Source: Opitutia bacterium
Lineage (GTDB): Bacteria; Verrucomicrobiota; Verrucomicrobiia; Opitutales; Opitutaceae
NCBI GenBank assembly: GCA_947478395.1
Contig: CANJVR010000003.1
Location: forward strand, 320,001 to 384,000
Length of the DNA: 64,000 nt
Direction: 5' to 3'
Position 1 is the stretch's first letter, and each line of letters opens with the position of its first letter. The position numbers and the translations under genes were made by a program. Below are positions 28,601-38,126 of the stretch, piece after piece. The notes under the pieces are model-generated. The model was given only the letters and a program-made list of their open reading frames with translations, was not told where the DNA came from and did not search any database.

Positions 28601-31526
28601 TAATCCTTACGCGGGCGATGTGGTCTACGCCCTCGCCATCCAGTCCGACGGAAAAGTCATCGTCGGTGGCGCCTTCACCACCTTTCAACCCAATGGCGCG
28701 AGCACCACGACCGCCCGCAGCTTTCTCGCCCGCCTTAACACCGATGGCACGCTAGACACCGCTTACAATCCCACCCCAAGCGCCTTGGTTCGCGCCCTAG
28801 TCATCCAGCCGGCCGATGGAAAACTGATCGTCGGTGGCGACTTTAATTCGTTTCAGCCCAACTCTGCGACTACGGCGACGACCCGTAATTTCATCGCGCG
28901 GTTGAATACCGATGCGACGCTCGACACCGAGTTCGACCCGAATGCCAATGCGGCGGTCTATGCGATCGCGCTGCAGTCCTACGATAATAAGCCCGTGATC
29001 GGCGGAGCATTTGGCCTCCTTCAACCGGCCAACGGCGGCGCCTTCGTCCGGAGTTACATCGCCCGCTTGAACACGAACGGTAGCGTCGATTCCAATTTCA
29101 ATCCGTCTCCGAACAACGCCGTACGCGCGGTCGCCGTCTCGTCCGACGGCTCCATCCTGCTCGGCGGCACGTTCACGGCTCTCCAGCCCGGGAGTAGTTT
29201 TTATCCGGTAGCGCGCAGTCATATCGCCCTGGTCGGAAGCGATGGCGCCCTTAACACCGGTTTTAATCCGAGTCCCGCTGGCGATGTTCTCGCCATCGCC
29301 TCGCTGGCGGATGGCAGCGTGCTGGCGGGCGGTTCGTTCACCAGCTTGACCTCGGATGCCAATCTGATCGTAGGCGGAAATTTCAAAAACATTGGCGGCA
29401 CCAGCCTCGCGTATCTGGCTCAGCTGGACGGAGCCGGTAGCGCCGTGCCCGGATTTGCGCCCAATCCCAACGGTGCGGTGAACGCCATTGTGCAGCAGCC
29501 CGACACCAAACTCATTGTCGGCGGCAGCTTCACGGCCATCGCCGGTCTGCCGCGAAACCGTCTGGCGCGCGTCACGACCGATGGCGTGTTGGATGCGACA
29601 TTCAACGCGGACGTCACCGGCACCGTTAACGCCCTCGCGCTCCAATCCGACGGCAGGCTCGTCGTCGGCGGCGCCTTTACTGCGATCACCGGCACGGCGC
29701 GCTCCAATCTCGCCCGCGTCAACGCCGACGGTTCGATCGAGGCCAGCTTCAATCCGCAGGCGAACGGCCAGATCAACGCCCTTTTGCTCCGGCCCAACGG
29801 GCAGATCGTCGTGGCTGGTTCATTCACCTCACTCGGCGGGCAGACCCGTAACCGGCTCGCCCGGCTCAATGCCGACGGTTCGGTGGACGCGAGTTTCAAC
29901 CCCAACGTGAACGGCACGGTCTTCTCGATCGTCGCGTCGGTCGACGGGAAGATCATTCTCGGCGGCACGTTCACCAGCGTTTCGGGCGTTGGTCGTAATA
30001 ACGTCGCGCGTTTAAACGCCGACGGCAGTCTCGATGCGTCGTTCGATCCCAACGCCGACGGATCTGTATTCGCCGTCGCCTTGCAGCCTGAAGGCGGGGT
30101 GGTGCTCGGCGGTGCTTTTAACGCGGTTACCGGCCAGTCCCGTTTCCGCCTTGCTCGCCTCGCGGTGGGCAACGCCGCTGCAGCTCAACTCATCAGCGCA
30201 TCCTCGAATCGGACGACGCTCACGTGGACGCGCACCGGTGGAGGGGCGGAACTTTCCGCGGCCCGTTTTGAAATTTCCACGGATGCGATTACCTGGACTC
30301 TGCTCGGCGCCGCGACGCGCGTCGGTGTTACTTCAAATTGGCAACTCACGGGGCTCAGCTTGGCGGCCGACAGCACGTTTTATGTTCGCGCTCTAGGCTC
30401 AGCGCCGACCTCGAAAAATACCTCGGCGGGACTCGTCCGCAGCGAGCAGATCTTTAACTTCGCGCAAACTCCGATATTTGGCACCGATGTAGTCGTGGGC
30501 GCTGTTGCCGATCAGGCTTTTCGTTACGCGGCATCCAACGGAAAAGCCGCCGCCTACACCGCCGCCGGCCTGCCAGCCGGCCTTAAGATCGATGCGGCAA
30601 CCGGTGTCATCACGGGTACGCCAACTGAAACCGGAACCTACAATGTCGTGGTTACTGCGACCAACGCCGGCGGCAACGTGAGCGCCGCGTTGCTCTTGAA
30701 CATCGGCGGCACCGGCAGTGCAGCCAGCGGCCAGTCGATCCGACTCATCAATCTTTCAGCCCTCGCCCAAGTGGGCACAAATGGAACGGCAATCACCGGC
30801 TTCGTCAGCACAGGTGGCACGGTACTCATCCGCGCCATCGGCCCCGGTCTGAGCGCCTTCGGCGTCAGTGGTGTACTAACCGATCCGGTGCTGCGGATTT
30901 ATGATGCCGCCGGAGCGCTCGTAACGTCCAACAACGACTGGAGCGGCTCCGATATTTCGTCGGCCAGCGTCGCCACGGGAGCATTCCCCCTCGCCGCAAA
31001 CAGCAAGGATGCAGCGCTGCTGCTCAACCTCGCCCCCGGTGGTTATACGGCACTCGTCACCAACGCCGATGCTCGCGGCGGCGCCCTGCTCACGGAAATC
31101 TACGATGCGAACGGCACAACATTGACGCCGCGTTTCCGCAATCTCTCCGCGCGCGCTCCCGTGGCGCCCGGCAGCCCGTTGGTCGGCGGCTTTGTCATCA
31201 CCGCCACCGATGCCTCCGGCACACAAAAGGTCTTGGTCCGCGGTGTCGGTCCCGGTCTCACGAAATTCAACGTGGCGAACGCCCTCGCGGATCCGGTCCT
31301 CAAAGTTTACGATGCATCCGGCCGCTTGATCGCGACGAGCAACGACTGGAGTGGCACCGACGTCGCCGCGGCCGCTGTGGCCACGGGAGCATTTGCGCTT
31401 GAGGCCGGTAGCAAGGATGCGGCGCTGTTGCTCACCCTCGCTCCGGGCGGCTACACGTTTGAAATCACCGCGGCTCCGAACAGTGCCGCCGGTGAAGCGC
31501 TCGCCGACATCTACGCTGCGCCGTAA
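25644..31526 (+). CDS. Giant secreted delta-60 repeat (beta-propeller) protein with putative Ig domain and duplicated C-terminal domain
   Basis: Signal peptide; many 'V.A.A.Q.DGK...GG.F...R..IARLN.DG..D..F.P' repeats; GLP.GL.ID..TG.ITGTP Ig-like unit; two copies of the C-terminal domain. Confidence 0.9.
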   Translation: MLFSLSSRLWQVRLFAVTIFASLGSALLGQLNQPSAGDGFDPNANGVVNVALAQRDGKIVLGGSFTTLRPNGASDNVDRNALARVNTDGSLDFDFNPNANGQVYAMALQSAGANAGKIIVAGAFTSVGGVTRNRIARLNTDGTVDSSFNVDLAGGLAPEVYALIVLPDDRIVIGGAFTTVGGVTRNRIARLSANGALDTTYDPNASAAVLSLAVQRDGKIILGGSFTSLQPAGDSSATTRRYLARLNLNGTVDSEFDPKPDNTVRTIAVQVDGAILLGGNFGGLQPTGSDAAISRSRIARLNPNGSLDAFYAPNANAQVSAFALQPDGRLLVGGNFTQLVPNGGATVSRSFVARLNADGTVDLSFQTLSNAAVNAIALQTDGRVVVGGAFTQLRAAAVGTVPVNRNRVARLNIDGSPDTALDPAASGLVLVQAVQSDGKVVVGGTFTLMGGLTRNYIARLNTDGTVDGSFSPALNAPVQTIGIQSDQKILIGGTFTNIGGVTRNYLARLNADGSLDNTFNPSPTNQVNSLAIQTDGKIILAGAFTSLSPEGGSSVARNHLARLTAAGAVDTTFDPNSDSAPNVITLQSDQKILVGGSFNGFTPNGGTGVARTNMARLNTDGTVDTTFDPQPNGAVLTQVVQADGKIVIGGSFVVLNPKGGAGVIRYYIARLNADGTLDTGYNPRASDTVASLALQADGKVLVGGLFSFLRPGDDVAKNAIRNRIARLNVDGTVDTGFDPNAGGQVATVVYLASGKIIMGGGFTSLKPAGKDLVLARNRIVRLNSDGTVDASFDPTVTTQSAGSIEVVATQSDGKLIVAGGFNNFSGSRSSNLARFGTGGDADATFLPNADGPVSTVLVQPSRTSVPTANVFAWFNPDSTLRASFKNSAVAQLSGQINAVLAQADGKIIVAGNFTNKAGTTGNYLLRLKTDGTFDPTFNPSPAGEVNAIALQSDGKLVIGGSFDSVGGATRYRIARLNTDGSVDTGYNPYAGDVVYALAIQSDGKVIVGGAFTTFQPNGASTTTARSFLARLNTDGTLDTAYNPTPSALVRALVIQPADGKLIVGGDFNSFQPNSATTATTRNFIARLNTDATLDTEFDPNANAAVYAIALQSYDNKPVIGGAFGLLQPANGGAFVRSYIARLNTNGSVDSNFNPSPNNAVRAVAVSSDGSILLGGTFTALQPGSSFYPVARSHIALVGSDGALNTGFNPSPAGDVLAIASLADGSVLAGGSFTSLTSDANLIVGGNFKNIGGTSLAYLAQLDGAGSAVPGFAPNPNGAVNAIVQQPDTKLIVGGSFTAIAGLPRNRLARVTTDGVLDATFNADVTGTVNALALQSDGRLVVGGAFTAITGTARSNLARVNADGSIEASFNPQANGQINALLLRPNGQIVVAGSFTSLGGQTRNRLARLNADGSVDASFNPNVNGTVFSIVASVDGKIILGGTFTSVSGVGRNNVARLNADGSLDASFDPNADGSVFAVALQPEGGVVLGGAFNAVTGQSRFRLARLAVGNAAAAQLISASSNRTTLTWTRTGGGAELSAARFEISTDAITWTLLGAATRVGVTSNWQLTGLSLAADSTFYVRALGSAPTSKNTSAGLVRSEQIFNFAQTPIFGTDVVVGAVADQAFRYAASNGKAAAYTAAGLPAGLKIDAATGVITGTPTETGTYNVVVTATNAGGNVSAALLLNIGGTGSAASGQSIRLINLSALAQVGTNGTAITGFVSTGGTVLIRAIGPGLSAFGVSGVLTDPVLRIYDAAGALVTSNNDWSGSDISSASVATGAFPLAANSKDAALLLNLAPGGYTALVTNADARGGALLTEIYDANGTTLTPRFRNLSARAPVAPGSPLVGGFVITATDASGTQKVLVRGVGPGLTKFNVANALADPVLKVYDASGRLIATSNDWSGTDVAAAAVATGAFALEAGSKDAALLLTLAPGGYTFEITAAPNSAAGEALADIYAAP

Positions 31527-31532
31527 CGCGGC

Positions 31533-31565
31533 AGGTAGAGCGTGTTGATCCAACGCGCTCTACCT
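31533..31565. repeat. GTAG-flanked hairpin (REP-like, may act as terminator)
   Basis: aggtagagcgtgttg-atc-caacgcgctctacct between convergent genes. Confidence 0.7.
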
Positions 31566-31579
31566 AATAAAGCGCACGC

Positions 31580-33106
31580 TCACCAATTATCCGAGCGAAA
31601 CGGCACGGCGGGTAGCCCCGCGCCGTTGTATAAATTTGCCTCCGGCGAATTTTTCCACGCGTAGCGCACGGCCACGGGCTCCTTCACGTCCGGCGCCGAA
31701 ACGAGCAAGGCGTCGCGGTCGATCTTGGCGCTCGCCGGCCGGAAAACTTTGTTCGGCCCGGCGACTTCGAGCGACTGTACAGGCTTGTCGTGTGCAATCA
31801 GACCCGAACTGGCGTGGGCAAATTTGATGCGCAGCGCGGAGCCTTCCCGGGTCGCGCCGGTGAAGGTGGGTCCGGTGTCGTCGCTGATCGCGCCGTAGAG
31901 CCGATTTTTGGCGAGCAGTGCGAGGCGACGGCCCACGTCCTGTTTGTTGGTCGGATGCACGTTGTCGGGATTCCCGAGGTCGATCGCGAGCGCCTGACCG
32001 GTCTGCGGCAGCGCCAGGGTCTGGGTCTGAGCCTCGCGGAGAAAGGCGTACGTGGCGTTGGTTTTGTCCTCGGGTGCCTTGTAGTTCGCGAGACTGACCC
32101 AGTAAAAAGGGAAGTCGCCCTGACCGAAATGGCCGCGCCAGCCCGTGATCATGGCGGAAAAGAGCGCGTGATATTCGGACGCATGATCGGCGTTGCTTTC
32201 GCCCTGGTACCAAAGCGCTCCGCGCAACGCGTACGGTAGCAGCGGATTTATCATGCCGTTAAAAAGACCGGTCGGAGTCCACGAATCGCCCGGGCCACGG
32301 GGCGCGCGAGGTTTGGGGTTGTCCTTGAGAAACGTTTTATACGCGACGTCACTTTTCGCTTTTGCGACGGATTCCCGCTGATTCCAAGCGACCGAAGCGA
32401 AGTCAAAAGCGGATTTCCTCGCGGGAAACTCAGCCAGGTTTTGAGCCCAGCGCTCATGCATAAAAGCGAAGTCCGGACGGCGGGCGGTCGCCGGGCTCAG
32501 CCATGATTCGACAGGCGACCCGCTCCACGAACTATGCACGACACCGACGGGCACGTTGAGCTTTTTAAAAATATCTCGGGCAAAAAAATAACCCACCGCG
32601 GTAAAGTTTCCGACGGTCTCCGGTGCGGCCTGCAGCCAACCGCTGGTGGCAACCGTGTCGGCGGGAGTCTCCGCGACCTGCCGCGCGATTTGCACGTGAC
32701 GGATGAGCGGAAAGCGGGCGCTGGCGATTTCGGCCGCCGCGTTGTCGGACTGTTTCACTGTGAACTCCATGTTCGACTGGCCCGAGCACAACCAGACTTC
32801 GCCGACGACCACGTCATGGAGGGTTACCGTGTTGTTTCCCGCGACGACGAGATCGGTGCCTTCGTTGCTGGCCGCCGAGGCCTCAAGAAAAACCATCCAC
32901 CGGCCATCGCTGCTCGTGGTCGTGCCGAGCGTTTGACCGTGAAACGAAACGACGATGTGTTCTCCCGGCGCGGCTCGTCCCCAGACCGGAATGGGTTTCT
33001 CCCGCTGCAACACCGCGTGATTCGTGAAGAGCGGCGCGAGGGTCACCTCGGCGCGCAACGCACCCCCGAGCAATCCCAAGCATAAAAAACGTAGCGCTGG
33101 CTTCAT
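31580..33106 (-). CDS. Sialate O-acetylesterase family (SASA) protein
   Basis: VLQR, GEVWLCSGQSNM, WYQGESN, LREAQ, D.G....HP.NK, VRYAW, PFRSD. Confidence 0.92.
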   Translation of the reverse strand: MKPALRFLCLGLLGGALRAEVTLAPLFTNHAVLQREKPIPVWGRAAPGEHIVVSFHGQTLGTTTSSDGRWMVFLEASAASNEGTDLVVAGNNTVTLHDVVVGEVWLCSGQSNMEFTVKQSDNAAAEIASARFPLIRHVQIARQVAETPADTVATSGWLQAAPETVGNFTAVGYFFARDIFKKLNVPVGVVHSSWSGSPVESWLSPATARRPDFAFMHERWAQNLAEFPARKSAFDFASVAWNQRESVAKAKSDVAYKTFLKDNPKPRAPRGPGDSWTPTGLFNGMINPLLPYALRGALWYQGESNADHASEYHALFSAMITGWRGHFGQGDFPFYWVSLANYKAPEDKTNATYAFLREAQTQTLALPQTGQALAIDLGNPDNVHPTNKQDVGRRLALLAKNRLYGAISDDTGPTFTGATREGSALRIKFAHASSGLIAHDKPVQSLEVAGPNKVFRPASAKIDRDALLVSAPDVKEPVAVRYAWKNSPEANLYNGAGLPAVPFRSDNW

Positions 33107-33208
33107 CAAAATTAAGTTAGCCGCGGGGCGCATATTTCCGAGCGCCAAAAACGGTTGCGCACCCCGTGCCGGCTTGCGCCGTCGGAGCGCCCGACGAAAC
33201 TTTTCGTC

Positions 33209-34510
33209 ATGAACTCCCGCCTTTGTTTCGTCACGGTGTCTGTGCTGGGGCTCGTGAGCGCCACGCTGTTCGCGGCTCCCGCTCCGGCAATTACCGACGA
33301 GGCAAAAGTCCCGCCTTACCATCTGCCCGATCCGCTGCGCGCGGTCGATGGTACGGTGATTCGTGATGCGACCACTTGGCGGACCCGGCGCCGTCCGGAG
33401 TTGATCGAATTGTTTTCCCGCGAAGTGTACGGCCGTACGCCCTTCGGCCGGCCCGCGGCCATGCGCTTCGAAGTTACCTCCATCGATCGCCGCGCTTTAG
33501 GCGGCAAAGCCACGCGCAAGGAAATCACGCTTTGGTTCACGGGAAAAACGGACGGCCCGCGCCTGCACTTGCTGATCTATCAACCAAACGGCACGGGCGC
33601 TCCGCCGCCGGTTTTTCTCGGACTGAATTTTTTCGGCAACCACACCGTGAACGCTGATCCCGGCATTGCACTCGCCGAGCCGCTCACGTTCTACGATGTC
33701 GATCATTACCGGCCGGCCCCCTCGACGACGTCCGCTGCTTCGGACCAGCGCGGCGTGCACGCCTCGAAATGGCTCGTCGAAACCGTCATCGCGCGCGGCT
33801 ACGCCACCGCGACCGCCTGGTGCAACGACCTTTGTCCGGATCGAATCGATGGGTTGAAGGAAAACGTCGGTGCGCTTTCCGCCACGGGCGACACCGAGGC
33901 CCGCGCGGGCGACGCCTGGGGCGCGTTGGGAATTTGGGCGTGGGGCTTGAGCCGGGCGCTGGACTACATCGAGAGCGATCCGGAACTCGACGCGAAGCGC
34001 GTGGCAGTGCACGGGTTTTCCCGGCTCGGCAAAGCGGCCGACTGGGCCGCGGCGCAGGACGAACGTTTCGCGATGCTCATCTCCAACGAAAGCGGCTGCG
34101 GCGGCGCGGCGCTCAGCCAACGAATCTACGGCGAGACGGTGGCGATCATTAACGGCAAGTTTCCGCACTGGTTCGCCCGAAATTTTCGCCGTTACGACGA
34201 TAACGAAGCGGCGCTGCCGGTGGACCAGCATGAACTGCTCGCGTTGATTGCGCCGCGGCCGCTGTACGTTGCGAGCGCCGACGGCGACCAGTGGAGTGAT
34301 CCGAAAGGCGAATTTCTCGGCGCCAAGGGCGCGGAACCCGTTTACGCCCTATTCAACAAAAGAGGTTTGGGTGCTGCGGTGCCGCCGCCGCTCGACACAC
34401 CCATCGGCGAAATGATCGGTTACCACGATCGCACCGGTAAACACGACATGACCGACTACGACTGGGCGCAGTATTTGCGATTCGCTGATCGGCATTTTAA
34501 TCGGAATTAG
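33209..34510 (+). CDS. CE15 glucuronoyl esterase-like protein
   Basis: LPDPL, WAWGLSRALDY, GFSRLGK, ESGCGG, HWF, DQHELLALIAPRP, GKH. Confidence 0.85.
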   Translation: MNSRLCFVTVSVLGLVSATLFAAPAPAITDEAKVPPYHLPDPLRAVDGTVIRDATTWRTRRRPELIELFSREVYGRTPFGRPAAMRFEVTSIDRRALGGKATRKEITLWFTGKTDGPRLHLLIYQPNGTGAPPPVFLGLNFFGNHTVNADPGIALAEPLTFYDVDHYRPAPSTTSAASDQRGVHASKWLVETVIARGYATATAWCNDLCPDRIDGLKENVGALSATGDTEARAGDAWGALGIWAWGLSRALDYIESDPELDAKRVAVHGFSRLGKAADWAAAQDERFAMLISNESGCGGAALSQRIYGETVAIINGKFPHWFARNFRRYDDNEAALPVDQHELLALIAPRPLYVASADGDQWSDPKGEFLGAKGAEPVYALFNKRGLGAAVPPPLDTPIGEMIGYHDRTGKHDMTDYDWAQYLRFADRHFNRN

Positions 34511-34542
34511 CGCGGGCGGACGCTCCGCACGACTCACGCCCG

Positions 34543-36030
34543 TCATGGTTGGTTTCCCTCCGTGGACTGGAGGGGACGATTTAAAAAGTCGCGCAATTCG
34601 CCCGCGAGCTTCGGGCCGAAGCCGGCGATCTCGCGGATCTGTTCCACGTCCGCCGCCCGCAGGCGGTCGATGCTGCCGAAGTGGGCCAGCAATGCCGCGC
34701 GTCGCACTGGGCCCAGACCGGGAAAATCGTCGAGCACACTTTCGCGGATTTTACGCGTGCGCAAATCGGCGCTGTACGTGTTGGCGAAACGGTGGGCTTC
34801 GTCGCGCAGCCGCTGGAGCAAATTAAGTGCGGGCGAATTGAGCGGTAGATTAAGCGGCGGACGCTCGTCGGAAAAAATGATGGTCTCATGTTTTTTCGCG
34901 AGGCCGATCAAGGCCGGCGGCGTGAGGTCGAGGGCGATGAACGCCTTCAACGCGGCCCCAATCTGGCCGCGGCCGCCATCGATCACGACGAGATCTGGCA
35001 TCGGCTTACCTTCGTCGCGCAGGCGCCGGTAGCGCCGGCCGACGACTTCTTCCATCGCGCGAAAATCGTCGTTGCCGACGAAGCTTTTGATTTGGAAGCG
35101 ACGGTAGTTGTCCTTGTCTGGGCGGCCGTCGGCGAACCGCACCATCGAGGCGACCACGAACGTCCCGGAAATGTGTGAAATGTCGAAGCACTCGAGAATC
35201 CGCGGCGGCGGATCGAGTGCGAGCGCTGCGCCCAAGGCGCGCACCGCTTCGACGCTCGCGTCGGGGAGCGTGGGATCGATGCGCTCAAACGTGCGCGTCT
35301 TCGCGAGCGTTTTTTCGAGCGCGAAAACGACGTCGCGCAATTCCGCGGCTTTTTCAAAGTTTTGTTTCTCGGCCGCGGCGCGCATTTCGGTCCGGAGCGT
35401 TTCCAGCCATTCACGGGATTTTCCCTCCAGAAACGTGCAGCCCTCGTCGACCCGGCGCCGGTAATCGTCGGTCGTGGTGAGATTTTTAAAACTGTAAATT
35501 TCCTCGCGCACGTCGTCGTAGAGCTGCCACGTGCCATCGGGCAATTTCTTCGGCGTCGCATCACCGAGCAAGATACCGAATTGCCGACGCATCTGCGCCA
35601 GGGTCTTGCGCAGGAGGCCGCTGTGCGCGAACGGACCGAAATGCCGCGAGCGCTCATCTTTTTTGAAACGTGTCAGACGAAAACGCGGCAACTCCTCGCC
35701 GGGATCGACCCGCACGAGCAAGAAGCGTTTGTCGTCGGTGAAGTCGGTGTTGTATTTCGGCTTCCACTGCTTGATCAGCTTGCCCTCGAGCAGCAGGGCC
35801 TCGGGCTCGGACTTCACTTCGTGGACATCGAAGTCAGCGATCATCTCGATTAACGCCCGGATTTTCGGGTGCCACGTCATCGCCCGTGACGGCGTGAAAT
35901 AAGACGAGACGCGTTTCTTCAGGCTCTTGGCTTTGCCCACGTAGATGATCCGTCCAAGCCGGTCTTTCATCAGATAGATCCCGGGCTTATCGGGCAGACG
36001 TCGGACTTTTTCTTTTAAATCGGAGCTCAC
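34543..36030 (-). CDS. uvrC: Excinuclease ABC subunit C
   Basis: PGIYLM..YVGKAKSL GIY-YIG, UVR domain FEKAA.LRD, ECFDISH, IDGG.GQ, RDEAHRFA, HhH; GTG start inferred. Confidence 0.9.
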   Translation of the reverse strand: MSSDLKEKVRRLPDKPGIYLMKDRLGRIIYVGKAKSLKKRVSSYFTPSRAMTWHPKIRALIEMIADFDVHEVKSEPEALLLEGKLIKQWKPKYNTDFTDDKRFLLVRVDPGEELPRFRLTRFKKDERSRHFGPFAHSGLLRKTLAQMRRQFGILLGDATPKKLPDGTWQLYDDVREEIYSFKNLTTTDDYRRRVDEGCTFLEGKSREWLETLRTEMRAAAEKQNFEKAAELRDVVFALEKTLAKTRTFERIDPTLPDASVEAVRALGAALALDPPPRILECFDISHISGTFVVASMVRFADGRPDKDNYRRFQIKSFVGNDDFRAMEEVVGRRYRRLRDEGKPMPDLVVIDGGRGQIGAALKAFIALDLTPPALIGLAKKHETIIFSDERPPLNLPLNSPALNLLQRLRDEAHRFANTYSADLRTRKIRESVLDDFPGLGPVRRAALLAHFGSIDRLRAADVEQIREIAGFGPKLAGELRDFLNRPLQSTEGNQP

Positions 36031-36044
36031 GTGGAATGAAAATA

Positions 36045-38054
36045 TTAGCGCACCGTGGGCGGAAGCGCCACTGGAGTCGCGGCCATTTCTGCCGGGGCTT
36101 CCAGCAAGGCGGTTCGTAGGTCGTCGTCCGAGAGGCGCCAGACCAACAGGGTGTGGGCGATTTGTGCGACTGGCTGATGGTGACGCAGCCAGGCAAAAAG
36201 TCGTGCGCAACGGAGATCATTGAGCGCACGAAATTCCGCGGACCAATACGAATCGCCCTTTTCGGCCATCAACCGTCGCGCTTCCGCTGGCGTCGCGGTG
36301 TAGTAGCGGGCGAACGCCGCCGATGCCGCCTGATAGCGGGTTTCGTAGACTTGATTCCACGGTCCGAAGGCGGGCGCATAAACCTGGAGCAAGGTGGTGC
36401 TGACCACGAAAAGCCCGGGTTGAAGCGGAGAAAGTCCGCGAGTTTCCGCTCCGTAGTAGGTGGTGAGGGACACGGCCGAAATCCCGTAGTCGGCCGGCGT
36501 GCCCATACCGAAATACCCGAAATGGATGGGTTCCTTCTCGCGTTGATGATCGCGGAGCCAGTCGCGTAGCGCCGGCAAGTCCATGCCCCAGTCGAGCGAG
36601 CTGTCGACGAGATGGCGCCAGGCTTGATCGGGTCCACCGGAGATCCGGTTGAAAAATGCAAGGTAGTGCGGACGGATCATCCATGATTCGAGCGCAAACG
36701 CCGCGACCAACGCCGCGATGCCTCCGCGCCGCCACGCGGGCGCCCCGGCTAATGCCGGCCACGCTGCTCCCGCCAAGATGTACAAAGGCGGTAGCAAGGG
36801 CAGAAGATGCCGGTGCCCGATGTTGAGCCGCGCGAATACGAGCGTGCCGCCGAACACAAAAATAACCGTGAGCAGCGGGGCAAACGGATACCAGGCGGCT
36901 GCTGTAGCGCAGCGCCGCACAAGCGCGATCGATGCGACAAGGAATAGCGGGAAAAAAGCCAGCGGCATTTTGACCAGAAACGCGTAGGGAAAAAATCCAG
37001 GCCAATGACCGAAACCGTAGTCTCCGTTGAAAAACGCGTAGCGATACGCGCTGGCGCGCCATACAAACTCATAGCCGAAAAGATACGCTTTCGGGAGCAG
37101 CCGGGCCGCGTCCAAGGCGTGCAGCAGGCGGATCGGCCAGCCGAGCTCGCCGTCGAATTGCACGGCAAATGGATTCGTGGTTGGGATCGAACCGGGCGTC
37201 GGCAGAAAACGGAAATTGTAGGCGGCCCAAATTGCGCCCCATGTGAACATGAGGTGAAGGAGGAGCAGCGCGGCGATTCCTGTCCCGATGGACGCACGTG
37301 ACCGCCATGCACGTTGGCGGCCGACCTTGAGGGGCCAGGTGCCACGTTGCGCGCAGCGTACGAAGCCTAGCACAAGCGCGATGGGCAGAATCAACGGCGC
37401 CGACATTTTTGTCAGAAAAAGCAGTGCGAACAACGATACGCTAAGGAAGAACCGCGTCACGGTGATGCGTTGCAGCAGTTGCCACCATGCGTAGGTCGCG
37501 CCGAGGAGAACGCCCGCGAAAGCGAGGTCGGAGGTCACGAGGCTGCCGTGCGCAAGAAGCGCGGGACAAAAAACCGCGAGGCCCAGCGCCACGAAACCGC
37601 CGCCGGTGCCATGCAGCGAACGGGCCCAGAAAAAAATCAATGCGGCCGTCGCGGCGCCCAGCAACGCGATCATCGCGCGCGTCGACGCCAGAATTTGATC
37701 GGGGTCGTTGGTGGGGCGGTTTAGGAGCGACGCGCCGAGTCCCCAGACATCCGGTTGCTGCCACGCGGGGTCGGTCGCCGGCGGCAAGACCGGGCGAGAG
37801 ACCAGCAAAGGCAGAGTGGCCCAGCGTTGCGGAAAATTTCCATTCTCGGGCTGCAAACGAAAATCGCCTTTAAGCCAGTAAGCGTAGCCGGCGGCTAAAT
37901 GAGCCGGCTCGTCGAATGCGACTGATTTCGAGCGGGCCGCGGACAACGCCATGGCGACATAGCTGCCGAGCAGGACGATAACAAGCAGGCCAACCCCGAT
38001 CGACCTTCGGCCGGGGCGGCCGGCCGGGGGGTGATCTCGCGCGGGGGTTGGCAT
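36045..38054 (-). CDS. GT-C/PMT-like (GT39/ArnT-like) membrane glycosyltransferase
   Basis: FDEPAH luminal loop, P.LLAHG..VT.D, many TM helices, RH.LP, DSSLDWG. Confidence 0.8.
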   Translation of the reverse strand: MPTPARDHPPAGRPGRRSIGVGLLVIVLLGSYVAMALSAARSKSVAFDEPAHLAAGYAYWLKGDFRLQPENGNFPQRWATLPLLVSRPVLPPATDPAWQQPDVWGLGASLLNRPTNDPDQILASTRAMIALLGAATAALIFFWARSLHGTGGGFVALGLAVFCPALLAHGSLVTSDLAFAGVLLGATYAWWQLLQRITVTRFFLSVSLFALLFLTKMSAPLILPIALVLGFVRCAQRGTWPLKVGRQRAWRSRASIGTGIAALLLLHLMFTWGAIWAAYNFRFLPTPGSIPTTNPFAVQFDGELGWPIRLLHALDAARLLPKAYLFGYEFVWRASAYRYAFFNGDYGFGHWPGFFPYAFLVKMPLAFFPLFLVASIALVRRCATAAAWYPFAPLLTVIFVFGGTLVFARLNIGHRHLLPLLPPLYILAGAAWPALAGAPAWRRGGIAALVAAFALESWMIRPHYLAFFNRISGGPDQAWRHLVDSSLDWGMDLPALRDWLRDHQREKEPIHFGYFGMGTPADYGISAVSLTTYYGAETRGLSPLQPGLFVVSTTLLQVYAPAFGPWNQVYETRYQAASAAFARYYTATPAEARRLMAEKGDSYWSAEFRALNDLRCARLFAWLRHHQPVAQIAHTLLVWRLSDDDLRTALLEAPAEMAATPVALPPTVR

Positions 38055-38126
38055 TTTTAAGTTAATGGTCTATATCGTGCGTTGATTGCGCCCGTCCTCC
38101 ATTTCAATCTTCCTCTCGTTTATCGC

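Noticed and set aside
25700..30170. CRISPR-like or DNA-level repeat array
   Set aside because: The periodicity comes from protein-level delta-60 repeats with synonymous divergence; there are no identical repeats with spacers
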